DNA of 64,000 nt from Deinococcus sp. (GTDB lineage Bacteria; Deinococcota; Deinococci; Deinococcales; Deinococcaceae), in assembly GCA_965261005.1 (NCBI GenBank), contig OZ253376.1, positions 128,001 through 192,000 of the forward strand, read 5' to 3'. Both the position numbers and the translations under genes were made by a program. Below, piece by piece: positions 1-11,690 of this stretch. Each line of letters starts with the position of its first letter. Position 1 is the stretch's first letter. The notes beneath the pieces are model-generated. The model did not search any database, was not told the origin of the DNA, and was given only the letters and a program-made list of their open reading frames with translations.

Positions 1-669
1 GCCGTCAAAGCCCCACTCCCCCCGCAGAATCTCGGTCAGCAGCCGCTCGTTCTCGCCGGCGTAGGTGCCGCCCAGCTTGTTGTAGGCGCTCATCACCGCC
101 CAAGCGCCGCCCTCTTTGACGGCCAGCTCAAACGGGCGCAGGTACAGTTCGCGCAGCGCCCGCTCGGGAATCTCGGAGCTGATGGTGCCGCGCTGGTACT
201 CGGACTCGTTGCCGGCGAAGTGCTTGATGGTGGCCGCGACGCCGCGCGATTGCAGGCCCCGCACGTAGGCGGCGGCCAGGCTGCCGCTCAGGTAAGGGTC
301 CTCGCTGTAGCTCTCGAAGTTGCGCCCGTTCAGCGACGAGCGGAACAGGTTGATGGTGGGCGCCAGCAGCACGCCCGCCCCCTTGTCGTGCGCCTCGCGG
401 GCCAGCTGAACGCCGACTTCAAACAGAAGTTCGGTGTTCCAGCTTGCCCCCAGGGCGACGCCCACCGGAAAGGCCGCCGTCTGTTTGCCGCCGATCAGGG
501 CGCCGCCGCCGCGCGCCCCGGCGGGGCCGTCGGTCACCTTGAGCGCGGGAATATTCAGGCGCGCGATGGGCACGGTCGTCCAAGCGTCCGCCCCGGCGAG
601 CAGGGCCACCTGTTCCTGGAGGGTGAGTTGGTCGAGCAGGGCGTCGAGATCGGGCTGGGTCATGGTCAT
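1..669 (-). CDS. GH3 beta-glucosidase, N-terminal part (runs off window)
   Basis: Manual translation (not in the ORF track): MTMTQPDLDALLDQLTLQEQVALLAG...KVTDGPAGARG...GRNFESYSEDP...IKHF...MSAYN...LRGEWGFDG; GGAGG RBS upstream. Confidence 0.93.
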   Translation of the reverse strand, partial: MTMTQPDLDALLDQLTLQEQVALLAGADAWTTVPIARLNIPALKVTDGPAGARGGGALIGGKQTAAFPVGVALGASWNTELLFEVGVQLAREAHDKGAGVLLAPTINLFRSSLNGRNFESYSEDPYLSGSLAAAYVRGLQSRGVAATIKHFAGNESEYQRGTISSEIPERALRELYLRPFELAVKEGGAWAVMSAYNKLGGTYAGENERLLTEILRGEWGFDG

Positions 670-800
670 GCTTGCCTCCGAAAGTCGCATTATTGTGCAT
701 GAGGAACAGGGGACCGTGGGCCTGGACAAGGATCACCCAAGCTTGTGCAACCGAAGACAGCGCCTCCTACGGTTCGCAGGGCGGCGCCGGGGCGGTTCCC

Positions 801-1616
801 TCAGCCCCCGTGGTTGAAGGTCGCCGTGCAGCCGCCGTCCACCGTGACGACGGCGCCGGTCATAAAGGAGGCCGCGCCCGACGCCAGAAACGCCACGACC
901 CGCGCGACCTCGTCCGGCTCTGCCTGGCGCCCGAGCGGTTGCCGGGCGGCGCCCGCCTCGCGCCGCGCCAAGGCGGCGGCGGCCTGCTCCGGGGGCAGGC
1001 TGGCGCGCCGGCCCCCCATGTCGGTGTCAATGTAGCCGGGGCACACCGCGTTGACCCGCAACCCGCGCGGGCCGTAGTCCACCGCGAGCTGGCGGGTCAA
1101 GTTGACCAGCCCGCCCTTGGAGGCGCAGTAGGCGGGCGCCAGAGGCGCACCGATCAGGCCGTAGGTCGAGGCGACGTTGACGATGGCCCCGCCACTCCCC
1201 GCGAGCAGATGTGGAATGGCGAACTTGGCGCACAAAAACGGGCCGCGCAGGTTGACCGCGATCACCCGGTCCCAATCGTCCACGCCCAGCTCGTGCGCGG
1301 GCGCGCTCTCGCCCGCCACGCCCGCGTTGTTGACCAGCACGCCGAGTTGCCCGAAATGATCCACGGCCGTCCGAACCAGCCGTTCGGCCTGACCCGCGTC
1401 CGACACGTCGCAGGCCACGAAGATGGCCTCGCCGCCGCCCGAGTTGATGGCCGCCGCCGTCGCCTCGCCCGCCCGCAGGTCAGCCACCACGACGCGGGCG
1501 CCCGCCCCCGCCAGCGCCAGCGCGCAGGCCCGCCCGATGCCGCCCGCCGCCCCGGTCACGATGGCGACTTGCCCGTTCAGCCGTTCCGTTTCGCCGCCAC
1601 TTGTCAGATCGGTCAT
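801..1616 (-). CDS. SDR family oxidoreductase
   Basis: TGAAGGIG, NNAG, YCASK motifs. Confidence 0.93.
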   Translation of the reverse strand: MTDLTSGGETERLNGQVAIVTGAAGGIGRACALALAGAGARVVVADLRAGEATAAAINSGGGEAIFVACDVSDAGQAERLVRTAVDHFGQLGVLVNNAGVAGESAPAHELGVDDWDRVIAVNLRGPFLCAKFAIPHLLAGSGGAIVNVASTYGLIGAPLAPAYCASKGGLVNLTRQLAVDYGPRGLRVNAVCPGYIDTDMGGRRASLPPEQAAAALARREAGAARQPLGRQAEPDEVARVVAFLASGAASFMTGAVVTVDGGCTATFNHGG

Positions 1617-1622
1617 GGCTCA

Positions 1623-1667
1623 CTGTACAAGTGCGGCCTGTACAAGTGCGGCGTGGTACGGTGCGGG
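1623..1667. repeat. 15-bp tandem repeat CTGTACAAGTGCGGC x2 plus a degenerate third copy, in a divergent intergenic region
   Basis: Copies at 1623-1637 and 1638-1652; degenerate copy 1653-1667. Confidence 0.8.
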
Positions 1668-1695
1668 CGCGATTCCGTCCCCTTGGAGGTTCACC

Positions 1696-2622
1696 ATGCC
1701 CAAACCTGTGCTCACCGTTCATGGAGGCTGCGGCGCCATTCCCAAGGCCGAGCTGACCCCGGAGGCCGACGCAGCCGCCCGCGCGGGGCTGAGACGCGCG
1801 CTCGAAGTAGGCTACGCCGCCTTGAAGGCGGGTGAGGCCGCCACAGAGGCCGTGACCCGCGCGGTGGTCGTCTTGGAGAACGACCCGAGCTTCAACGCGG
1901 GTTATGGGGCGGCCCTCAACCGGGACGGTGTTCACGAGCTGGACGCCTCGCTGATGGACGGGCAGAGCGGGCGCGCCGGGGCGGTGGCGGGGGCGCGGCG
2001 CATCAAGAACCCCGTGCTGGTCGCCCGCGCGCTGGCCGAGGTGTCCGACCCGCTGCTCCTGATCGGCGGGGCGGCCGACGCCTGGGCGCTAGAGCACGGC
2101 TTCGACACCGTGGACAACGCCGCCTTCTCGACCCCGGAGCGCCGCGCGGCGCTGGAGCGGATGCTGGCGCTCGAACGTCGGGGCGAGTCGCGTTCCGCCT
2201 CCGAGCGCGATCAGCACGGCACGGTCGGCGCGGCGGCGCTGGACGCGCGCGGCCACCTGGCGGCGGCGACCTCGACGGGCGGCTACACCGCCAAGCCGCC
2301 CGGGCGGGTGGGCGACACCCCCATCATCGGCGCGGGCACCTGGGCGGACGACCGCACCTGTGCGGTGTCGGGCACCGGCAAGGGGGAGCTGTTCATCCGC
2401 CTGGCCCTCGGCCACGAGCTGCACGCGCGCCTGCTGTACACCGGCGCCTCCCTGGCGGACGCGGCGGACGCGCTGATTCACGGCGAGCTGGGAGGTCTCG
2501 GCGGCGCGGGCTTGTGCGCGGTGGACCGGGAGGGGAACGTCACCCTGCCGTACAACACGGGGGGCATGTACCGGGGCTGGATTGGCGAGGACGGCCTGTT
2601 TGTCGCCGTTCACGAGACCTGA
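1696..2622 (+). CDS. iaaA: isoaspartyl peptidase/L-asparaginase (Ntn hydrolase)
   Basis: VHGGCG, FNAGYG, HGTVGA (catalytic Thr), GRVGDTP, SGTGKGE; GGAGG RBS before ATG 1696. Confidence 0.92.
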   Translation: MPKPVLTVHGGCGAIPKAELTPEADAAARAGLRRALEVGYAALKAGEAATEAVTRAVVVLENDPSFNAGYGAALNRDGVHELDASLMDGQSGRAGAVAGARRIKNPVLVARALAEVSDPLLLIGGAADAWALEHGFDTVDNAAFSTPERRAALERMLALERRGESRSASERDQHGTVGAAALDARGHLAAATSTGGYTAKPPGRVGDTPIIGAGTWADDRTCAVSGTGKGELFIRLALGHELHARLLYTGASLADAADALIHGELGGLGGAGLCAVDREGNVTLPYNTGGMYRGWIGEDGLFVAVHET

Positions 2623-2721
2623 ACGCATAAACCCTCCAAAAGTAGGATACTTATTCAGCTTCTTTTCGGCCGATCAGCGCTTTACACCCGACATAAAGCA
2701 CGCCAGCCAAAAGTGAACTTC

Positions 2722-2762
2722 TTGACGATTGTGCATTAACCTGTTACAGTCCGCCATAACAG
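2722..2762 (+). promoter_or_regulatory. sigma70 promoter with overlapping inverted repeat (candidate GntR operator)
   Basis: TTGACG(2722)-17 nt-TACAGT(2745) with extended TG; CTGTTA-N10-TAACAG at 2741-2762. Confidence 0.6.
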
Positions 2763-2787
2763 TTGAGCCAATCTTCAGGAGGTCCGT

Positions 2788-4362
2788 ATGAACCGAGCGT
2801 CCCGAGCCGTTCTCGCCGCCAGCCTCGCCCTCACGCTCGGTCATGGTCTGGCGGTGACGCGCGGCGGCTCGATGACCTTTGGCCGCTACGCCGACTCGCT
2901 GTTCCTCGACCCGGTGCTGAACGACGCCAACCTCGACATCTGGATCCTGACCAACCTGTACGACACCTTGCTGGAGCCGACCGCCGACGGCAAAAAGGTG
3001 CAGCCCGGTTTGGCGACCGGCTACACGATGTCCCCCGACAAGAAGAGCGTCAAGCTGACGCTGCGCCCCGGCATCAAGTTCGCCGACGGCAGCCCCATCA
3101 CGGCCGCCGACGTGAAGTGGTCGCTCGACCGCGCGAGGAACCCCGACAACGGCGCTTGGAACGGCCTGCTGGAGTCCATCGCCAGCGTGAGCGCGCAGGG
3201 GAACGCCGTGACGGTCGCCCTCAAGCACCCCGACCCCACCCTGCCGGCGGCGCTCGCCACCTTCAACGCCGCGATCATGCCGCAGAAGCTCTTCAGCGCC
3301 GCGCCGGGCGCCAACGACGCCGCCAAGGCCAAGGCTTTCGCCGAGAAGCCCATCGGCTCCGGCCCCTTCGTGCTGAGCGAGTGGAAGCGCGGGTCGTTCA
3401 TGGTCCTGAAGCGCAACCCCTATTACTGGAAGTCGGGGGCGGACGGCAAGCCGCTGCCGTACCTGGACACGCTGCGCTTCGAGATCATCCCCGACGACAA
3501 CACCCGCATTCTCAAGCTCCAGGCCGGCGAGATTCAGGGCGCCGAGTTCATCCCGCTCAGCCGGGTGGCCGAACTGAAGGCCGACCCCAAGATCAATATG
3601 CAGCTGTTTCCCTCGACCAAGGTCAACGACATCATCATGAACAACCGCCCCACCCTCAAGGACGGCAGCGTCAACCCGCTGTCGGACGTGAACGTGCGCC
3701 AGGCGCTCAACTACGCCACCAACAAACAGGCCCTGATCCAGGTGGTGACCTACGGCACCGGCAAGCTGATGAAGTCCTTTATGTCGAGCGCCACGCCGCT
3801 GTACGACAGCGCGCAAAAGGGCTTTCCCTACGACCTGGCGAAGGCCAAGCAATTGATGGCCGCCTCGAAGTTCAAGAACGGCTTCGACGTGACCGCGCTC
3901 TCGACCAGCGGCAGCGCCGACGACCAGGCGCAGCTGACGGCGCTCCAGCAGATGTGGGCGCCCCTCGGCGTGCGGCTCAAGATCGAGCAGGTGGACGCCG
4001 CGACCAAGACCGCGCGCTACCGCGCCGCCGACTTCCAGATGCGCACCGGCGCCTGGACCGACGATATCGCCGACCCCAGCGAGATCACCGGCTACTACGC
4101 GGTGGCCGGCGCGACCGACGCGGCCCACACCGGCTTCAAAGACCCCAAGATAGAAACCCTGTTCGAGCAGAGCCAGCAGGAGACCGACCCGACCAAGCGT
4201 GCCGCCCTGTACCGCCAGATCCAAACCCTCTACGCCCAGGCCGCGCCGACCATCTACCTGTTCGAGACGCCCTACCCGGTCGCGCTGCTGAACGGCGTCA
4301 AGGGCTTTGTGCAGCTGCCGCTGGGCAACAACATCTTCGAGCGGACTTCTCTAGAGAAGTGA
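2788..4362 (+). CDS. peptide/nickel ABC transporter substrate-binding protein (family 5)
   Basis: Signal peptide; LRPGIKFADGSPITAADVKWS, PIGSGPF, VRQALNYA. Confidence 0.95.
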   Translation: MNRASRAVLAASLALTLGHGLAVTRGGSMTFGRYADSLFLDPVLNDANLDIWILTNLYDTLLEPTADGKKVQPGLATGYTMSPDKKSVKLTLRPGIKFADGSPITAADVKWSLDRARNPDNGAWNGLLESIASVSAQGNAVTVALKHPDPTLPAALATFNAAIMPQKLFSAAPGANDAAKAKAFAEKPIGSGPFVLSEWKRGSFMVLKRNPYYWKSGADGKPLPYLDTLRFEIIPDDNTRILKLQAGEIQGAEFIPLSRVAELKADPKINMQLFPSTKVNDIIMNNRPTLKDGSVNPLSDVNVRQALNYATNKQALIQVVTYGTGKLMKSFMSSATPLYDSAQKGFPYDLAKAKQLMAASKFKNGFDVTALSTSGSADDQAQLTALQQMWAPLGVRLKIEQVDAATKTARYRAADFQMRTGAWTDDIADPSEITGYYAVAGATDAAHTGFKDPKIETLFEQSQQETDPTKRAALYRQIQTLYAQAAPTIYLFETPYPVALLNGVKGFVQLPLGNNIFERTSLEK

Positions 4363-4379
4363 CGCTGATTGGGGGGACC

Positions 4380-4404
4380 CCCCTCCCCCGCAGGGGGGGA
4401 GGGG
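4380..4404 (+). terminator. GC-rich hairpin between SBP and permease (stabiliser/partial terminator)
   Basis: CCCCTCCCCC-gcagg-GGGGGAGGGG perfect 10-bp stem. Confidence 0.55.
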
Positions 4405-4447
4405 AGCTAGAAACATTGTTTGTATCGGCGTTCGCGCTGGAGAGGTC

Positions 4448-5386
4448 ATGCACTGGAACTACGTCCTTAAGCGCCTGTTGCAGATCGTCCCGCTCTTTTT
4501 GGCCGTGATGCTGCTGATCTTTATTCTGGTACGGCTGATTCCCGGCGATCCGGTCAGCGCCCAGCTGGGCGACCGGGCCACCGACGAGATCGTGAACCGC
4601 GCCAAGCGCGACCTGGGATTGGATCAGCCGCTGCCGGTGCAGTTCGGCCTCTTCGCGTCGCGCATGCTGCGCGGCGACCTGGGGGACAGCATCACCCTCA
4701 AGGTGCCGGTGCTGCGCCTGATCGGCGAGCGCTTGCCGGTCACGCTGTTTCTGACCGTTTACGCCGCCGTGCTGGGCGTGCTGGTGGCGGTGCCGCTGGC
4801 GACCCTCGCGGCGGTGCGGCGCAACAGCTGGGTGGACAACCTGATTCGGGCGGTGTTTCAGGTCGGACTGTCGCTGCCGGTGTTCTACCTGGCGCTTCAG
4901 CTGCTGACGCTGCTGGGGGCGCGGCTGCATTGGTTTTCCATCGGCGGCTACGGGGACACCCTCGGCGCGCACCTCTACCATTTGTTCCTGCCCGCGCTGA
5001 CGCTCGCCTTTAACCTCGCGGCGGTCCTGATGCGCACCCTGCGCAACGCCGTGATCGAGGTGTTGAGCGCCGAGTACGTCGAGTTCGCCCGCGCCAAGGG
5101 GCTGCGCGGTCAGGTCGTGATGGCGCGCCACGTCCTGCGGAACGCCCTGATCTCCACCGTCACGCTGCTGGGCCTCAACATCGGCGCCCTGATCGGCGGG
5201 GCCGTCATCACCGAGACGGTCTTCGCGATTCCCGGTGTGGGCCGCCTGATGGTGGACGCCATCTTCGGGCGCGACTACCCGGTGATCCAGGGCCTGACGC
5301 TGACCTTCGCGCTGCTGGTGTCGCTGGTCTTTCTGGCGACCGACCTGCTGCACGCGCGGCTCGACCCACGGGTTGAAACCGCATGA
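4448..5386 (+). CDS. peptide ABC permease (DppB-like)
   Basis: PGDP, GDLG, ARAKGL, RDYPVIQG, LDPR. Confidence 0.95.
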   Translation: MHWNYVLKRLLQIVPLFLAVMLLIFILVRLIPGDPVSAQLGDRATDEIVNRAKRDLGLDQPLPVQFGLFASRMLRGDLGDSITLKVPVLRLIGERLPVTLFLTVYAAVLGVLVAVPLATLAAVRRNSWVDNLIRAVFQVGLSLPVFYLALQLLTLLGARLHWFSIGGYGDTLGAHLYHLFLPALTLAFNLAAVLMRTLRNAVIEVLSAEYVEFARAKGLRGQVVMARHVLRNALISTVTLLGLNIGALIGGAVITETVFAIPGVGRLMVDAIFGRDYPVIQGLTLTFALLVSLVFLATDLLHARLDPRVETA

Positions 5387-6243
5387 CCGGCACTCCCATC
5401 ATCGCCCCCGTTCCGGCCCTGGCCGCCCCAAGCCGGCGGCGCCGTCTCAAGCCGACCCTGATCGCGGGCCTGGCGCTGCTGGCCGTCTTTCTCCTCGCGG
5501 CGCTGTTTCCCCACCTGATCGCCCCCTACAGCCCGACCGACTTCGACTTCGCGGCGCTGCTCCAGGGGCCGACCGTGGGGCACCCCTTCGGCACCGACAA
5601 CTTCGGGCGCGACATTCTCAGCCGGGTGGTGTACGGGGCGCGGGTGGACCTTCAGATCGCGGTGTTCACGACGGCCTTTCCCTTCGTGTTCGGCACGCTG
5701 CTGGGCGCCCTGACCGGCTTTCTGGGCCGCTGGCCGGACGCGCTGGTGGGACGGGTGGCCGACCTCGTGGTGGTGTTTCCCTTTCTGGTGCTGGTGATCG
5801 CCATCGTGGCCGTGCTGGGGCCGGGCCTCACCAACATGTACATCGCCGTGAGCGCGGTCGGCTGGGTCAGCTACTGGCGCCTGACGCGCGGCGAGGTGCT
5901 CACGCAGAAGGGGGCCGAGTACGCCCAGGCGGCGCGGGTGCTGGGCTACGGCCCGGCGCGGGTGCTGCTGCGCCACATCCTACCCAACGCGGTCACGCCC
6001 GCCATCGTGTACCTGATGACCGACATGAGCCTGGGCATCCTGCTGGGCGCCTCGCTCGGCTACCTGGGCCTGGGCGCCCAGCCGCCGACCGCCGAGTGGG
6101 GCGTGATGGTCGCCGACGGCAAGAACTTCATGGTGACGGCCTGGTGGATTTCCGGCTTTCCGGGCGTCGCGCTGACCCTGGCCGGCGTCACCTTCAGCCT
6201 GATCGGCGACGGCCTGGCCGACCTTCTAAGGCCCCGCGCGTGA
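5383..6243 (+). CDS. peptide ABC permease (DppC-like)
   Basis: HPFGTDNFGRD, RHILPN, GLGAQPPTAEWG. Confidence 0.95.
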   Translation: MTGTPIIAPVPALAAPSRRRRLKPTLIAGLALLAVFLLAALFPHLIAPYSPTDFDFAALLQGPTVGHPFGTDNFGRDILSRVVYGARVDLQIAVFTTAFPFVFGTLLGALTGFLGRWPDALVGRVADLVVVFPFLVLVIAIVAVLGPGLTNMYIAVSAVGWVSYWRLTRGEVLTQKGAEYAQAARVLGYGPARVLLRHILPNAVTPAIVYLMTDMSLGILLGASLGYLGLGAQPPTAEWGVMVADGKNFMVTAWWISGFPGVALTLAGVTFSLIGDGLADLLRPRA

Positions 6244-7240
6244 GCGGGTCGGGTGCCCTGCTGAGCGTGCGCGGCCTGAACGTCCGCATTCCCACCCCGC
6301 GCGGCGAGCTGCACGCGGTGCGCGGCCTTGACTTCGAGCTGCGCCCCGGCGAGGTGCTGGGCCTGGTGGGCGAGTCGGGCAGCGGCAAGAGCGTCACGCT
6401 GCGCGCCCTGCTGCGGCTCTACCGCCCGCCCGTGCGGGTGGGGGGCGAGGTCGTGTACGGGGGGCGCGATTTGCTGACGCTGCCCGAGGCCCAATTGCGC
6501 CGGGTGCGCGGCGGGCAAATCGGCATGATCTTTCAGGAGCCGATGACCGCCCTCAACCCGGTGCTGACGGTGGGGGAGCAGATTCTGGAGAACTTGCGCG
6601 AACACGCCGGTCTGCGGGGCCGGGCGGCCAGGGAGCGCGCCGCCGAGCTGCTCGACTTGGTGGGCATCCCGAGCGCCCGCGCCCGCTTGGATAACTACCC
6701 GCACCAATTCTCGGGCGGCATGCGTCAGCGCGCCATGATCGCCATCGCGCTGGCGCCGGGACCGAAGGTGCTGCTGGCCGACGAGCCGACCACCGCCCTC
6801 GACGTGACCATTCAAGACCAGATTCTGCGCCTTCTGCTGCGCCTGCGGGGCGAGCTGGGCATGGGCGTGATCCTGGTGACGCACGACCTGGGGGTGGTCG
6901 CGCAGACCTGCGACCGCGTGGCGGTGATGTACGCCGGCCGCCTGGTCGAGACGGCGCCGGTAGTGGACGTTTTTAAGAGGCCGCGCCACGCCTACACGCT
7001 GGGCCTGTTGCGTAGCTTGCCGGGAGCGGGCGGTCAGCGCCGCCCGCTGCAACCCATTCCGGGGGCGCCGCCGAACCTGCTGCACCTGCCCACCGGCTGC
7101 CCCTTTTACGAACGCTGCGCCTTTCACACGGGGGCCTGTCTGGAGGGTGAGCCGCCGCTGTTTGACGTGGGGCCGGGGCACGCCAGCGCCTGCATCCACC
7201 ACGCCGGGCTGCCCGCCCCCGAGGAACCGGAGGCCGTCGC

Positions 7241-7244
<4 letters not shown>
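6240..7244 (+). CDS. peptide ABC ATP-binding protein (DppD-like)
   Basis: GTG overlapping upstream TGA; GESGSGKS, FSGGMRQR, ADEPTT, C-terminal Cys cluster. Confidence 0.95.
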
Positions 7245-8241
<997 letters not shown>

Positions 8242-8245
<4 letters not shown>

Positions 8246-9198
8246 CGCGCTTCGCGGTGGACCGCGCCCTGAACGTGCCCGTCGGCGTGCAGCTGCGCGG
8301 GCAGATCGAGTACGGCATCGCCTGCGGCGAGATTGCGCGCGGCGCGCGTCTCCCCAGCGTGCGTGAGCTGTCGCTGGAAGCCGCCGTCGCCCACGCCACG
8401 GTCGCGCAGGTCTACAAGGAGCTGCGGGAGCGCGGCCTGATCGTGGCCCGGCCGGGACAGGGCACCTTTGTCGCGGACGGCCACGGGGAGCGCGATCCGG
8501 GACCGTTGCGGGCGATGCTGGGCGAGGTGCTGGCCCGCGCCGCGCGGGACGGGGTTTCGCCCGAGCAGGTGCTGGACTTGCTGGGCGTGCTGGTCGCGCG
8601 CGGCAAGGCGGGGACCAGAAGAGGATGTTGCGCCGTGTTCGTGGGCGTCTTCGAGGACGCGACCCGCGCCTACGCGCACGATTTGCGCGCCCTGCTCGCC
8701 CCGCAGGACGAGGTGCGGCCCGTCACGCTGGACCAAGTGCGCGCAGGGAAAGGCCACGCGCTGCGGGGGGCGGACCTGGTGCTGGCGCCCGCCAACCGCG
8801 CCGCCGAGGTCCGCGCCCTGTTACCGGGTCTGGCCGTGCTGCCAATCGGGCTGGTTCCGGCGCCGGCTACCCGCGAGGCCCTGGCCGCCCTCGATTCCCG
8901 CGTTCGGCTGGCCGTCGTGGCGACCTTCGACGACTTCTTGCCCACCTTTGTGGCCGGCGTGAAGCGCTTCGCCCCGCAGGTGCCAGGGTTACGCGCGACC
9001 CATCTGAGCGCAGACGATTTGCGGGGGGTGCTGGCCTGGGGCGACGTGACCGTGTACGCCAGCGGCGCGCAGGACGTGCTGGCGCTGCTATCTCCCGGCA
9101 AGAATACCTTCGAGTACCGTCACACCGTCGACCCGGCCGACGTCGAGCGGCTCATTCTGCCCGCCATCCAAGCAAGGAGAGCTTATGACCCCCGTTGA
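8242..9198 (+). CDS. GntR family regulator with large C-terminal alpha/beta domain
   Basis: RLPSVRELS...TVAQVYKEL...GQGTFV wHTH; TTG start overlapping upstream stop. Confidence 0.88.
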
Positions 9199-9892
9199 CC
9201 GAATGAACTGGATGCAAATCGAGCAGTACCTCCAGGGCGACGACCGCTGCGTGCTGCCGCTGGGCAGCACCGAGCAGCACGCCTACCTGAGCCTGTGCGT
9301 GGACAACATCCTGCCGGAAAAGCTGGCCCGCGAGGCCGCAGGGCCGCTGAACGTGCCGGTCTTTCCGGTCTTGCCCTACGGCCTCACGCCCTACTTTCGC
9401 GGCTACCCCGGCAGCGTGACCCTGCGGGTGGGGACGTATCTGGCGGTGCTGCGCGACCTCTTAGACAGCCTCTTCGAGCAGGGCTTCCGGCGCGTCCTGA
9501 TTGTGAACGGCCACGGCGGCAACACGCCCGTGCAGGGCCTGGTGGGCGAGTGGGCGGCCGACCATCCCGGCGCGCGGGTGAAGTTCCACAATTGGTGGAA
9601 CGCCCCGCAGGTGTGGGCGCGCGTGCAGGCCACCGACGCCAACGCCTCGCACGCCTCGTGGATGGAGAACTTTCCCTGGACCCGGCTGGAGGGCGTTGAG
9701 GTGCCGGCTGAAGAAAAGGCGGCCCTCGACCTCGACCATTTGCGGCTGCTCGGCCCGCAGGAATTGCGCGCCTACCTCGGCGACGGCAACTACGGCGGCA
9801 AGTACGGGCGCCCCGACGGGGACATGCACGCCATCTGGCAGGTCGCCGTGGACGAGACCCGCGCGCTGCTGGAAGGCGGCTGGGCGCAGTGA
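9185..9892 (+). CDS. creatininase/creatinine amidohydrolase family protein
   Basis: LPLGSTEQH, D, PGS, NGHGGN, HASWME metal motifs. Confidence 0.92.
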   Translation: MTPVDRMNWMQIEQYLQGDDRCVLPLGSTEQHAYLSLCVDNILPEKLAREAAGPLNVPVFPVLPYGLTPYFRGYPGSVTLRVGTYLAVLRDLLDSLFEQGFRRVLIVNGHGGNTPVQGLVGEWAADHPGARVKFHNWWNAPQVWARVQATDANASHASWMENFPWTRLEGVEVPAEEKAALDLDHLRLLGPQELRAYLGDGNYGGKYGRPDGDMHAIWQVAVDETRALLEGGWAQ

Positions 9893-10932
9893 CGCGCCTG
9901 CTGATCTGGGGCGCCGGCGCCATCGGCGGCACCCTCGGCGCGTACCTGGCGCGGGCAGGGCATGACGTGACCGTGGTGGACCGCGACGCGGACCATGTCG
10001 GGGCGGTAAGGAATGGAGGATTGCGGCTGGAGGGACCCATCGAGGAATTCACGGCGCGACCTGAAGCCTTTATCCCCGAAGGGTTGCGCGGTCAGTGGGA
10101 CACCATCTTCCTCTGCACCAAGGCGCAGGACACCCGGGAGGCCGCCCACGCCCTCGCCCCACATCTGGGCGAGAACGGCACCGTCGTCTCGGTGCAGAAC
10201 GGCCTCAACCCCCTCATCCTGAACGAGGTTCTCGGCGCGGATCGAGTCGTGGGCAGCTTCGTGAACTTCGGCGCGGACTACCTGGGGCCGGGCCTGGTCC
10301 ACTACGGCGGGCGCGGGGCGGTTGTGGTGGGGGAGCAGGATGGGCAGCTCACCCCGCGCGCACGGGGGCTGCACGCGCTGCTGCGCGACTTCGAGCCGGA
10401 CGCCGTGCTGAGCGCCAACATCTTCGGCTACCTGTGGAGCAAGCTGGCCTACGGCGCGCTGCTGTTCGCCACCGCTCTGACCAACGACGGCATCGCGGAC
10501 GCCCTGGCCCGCCCGGGGGACGCGCTCCTCTACGCCGCGCTGGCGCGCGAGGTGCTGCGGGTGGCGGACGCGCACGGCGTCGTGCCTGAACCGTTCAACG
10601 GCTTCGACCCGGCCGCCTTCGTGCCGGGGGCGCCGGAGGTGGCGGCGGGTCAGTCCCTGCGCGAGATGGTCGCGCACAACCGCAAGAGCGCCAAAACCCA
10701 CAGCGGCATCTGGCGCGATCTGGCCGTGAGAAAGCGCCGCACCGAGGTGGACGCCCAGCTGGGCTGGGCCGTGCACTTCGGGCGGGTCCACGGCGTCCCC
10801 ACCCCCATCACGGCGCGCTTGGTGGGGCTGATTCACGACTTGGAAGAGGGGCGCCGGCCGCTTTCCCGCGACAACCTGGGCGAGCTGCACGCCGCCATGC
10901 CACAAACCAGGGCGGGGGGGGCGACGGTTTGA
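9889..10932 (+). CDS. ketopantoate reductase (ApbA/PanE)-family NAD(P)-dependent oxidoreductase
   Basis: GAGAIGG, CTKA, QNGL, WSKL, RTEVD. Confidence 0.88.
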   Translation: MTRLLIWGAGAIGGTLGAYLARAGHDVTVVDRDADHVGAVRNGGLRLEGPIEEFTARPEAFIPEGLRGQWDTIFLCTKAQDTREAAHALAPHLGENGTVVSVQNGLNPLILNEVLGADRVVGSFVNFGADYLGPGLVHYGGRGAVVVGEQDGQLTPRARGLHALLRDFEPDAVLSANIFGYLWSKLAYGALLFATALTNDGIADALARPGDALLYAALAREVLRVADAHGVVPEPFNGFDPAAFVPGAPEVAAGQSLREMVAHNRKSAKTHSGIWRDLAVRKRRTEVDAQLGWAVHFGRVHGVPTPITARLVGLIHDLEEGRRPLSRDNLGELHAAMPQTRAGGATV

Positions 10933-11690
10933 ACGTCACCTTTGACGGTCAAACGGTCCTGGTCAGCGGGGCCGCGCACGGCTTCGGCCGCGCCATCGCC
11001 CTCGCCTTTGCGGCGCGCGGGGCGCGGGTGTTCGCCTGTGACGTGCTGGAAGGGGGGTTGGCGGAAACGGCGGGGCTGGCGGACGGGGCGCCGCTGGAGA
11101 CGCAGCTGGTGGACGTGACCGACCCCGACGCCGTGCGGGTCTGGGTGGATGGGGCGGTGAACGTGACCGGGCGGGTGGACGTGCTGGTGAACAACGCGGG
11201 CGGCGTGCTGGGCCAGGTGGGGCGGCCCGTCGAGCAGATCACGCCCGCCGAGTGGCGCGCGATCTTCGCGGTGAACGTGGACGGCGCCTTTTACTGTTCC
11301 CAGGTCGCCGCACCGCACATGAAGCGTGCCGGGCGCGGGCGGATCGTGAACATCTCCAGCGGTGCGGGCCTCGGCGTCAGCCTGACCGGCATCCAAGCCT
11401 ACGCCAGCGCCAAGGCCGCCCAAATCGGTTTGACCCGGCAGCTCGCGCACGAACTCGGCGCATGGAGCGTCACCGTCAACAACGTCGCGCCGGGCTTCGT
11501 GCGCTCGAACCCCACCACCGAGCGGCAGTGGGAGGGGTACGGCGAGGCGGGGCAACGGCGCCTGCTGGACGGCATCGCCCTGAAGCGGCTGGGCACCACG
11601 GAGGACATCGCGCACGCGGTTTTGTTCTTCGCGTCCGACTTTGCCGGTTGGATCACGGGGCAGGTCCTCAGCGTGGACGGCGGCAAGTGA
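10929..11690 (+). CDS. SDR family oxidoreductase (FabG-like)
   Basis: SGAAHGFG, NNAG, YASAK. Confidence 0.92.
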   Translation: MNVTFDGQTVLVSGAAHGFGRAIALAFAARGARVFACDVLEGGLAETAGLADGAPLETQLVDVTDPDAVRVWVDGAVNVTGRVDVLVNNAGGVLGQVGRPVEQITPAEWRAIFAVNVDGAFYCSQVAAPHMKRAGRGRIVNISSGAGLGVSLTGIQAYASAKAAQIGLTRQLAHELGAWSVTVNNVAPGFVRSNPTTERQWEGYGEAGQRRLLDGIALKRLGTTEDIAHAVLFFASDFAGWITGQVLSVDGGK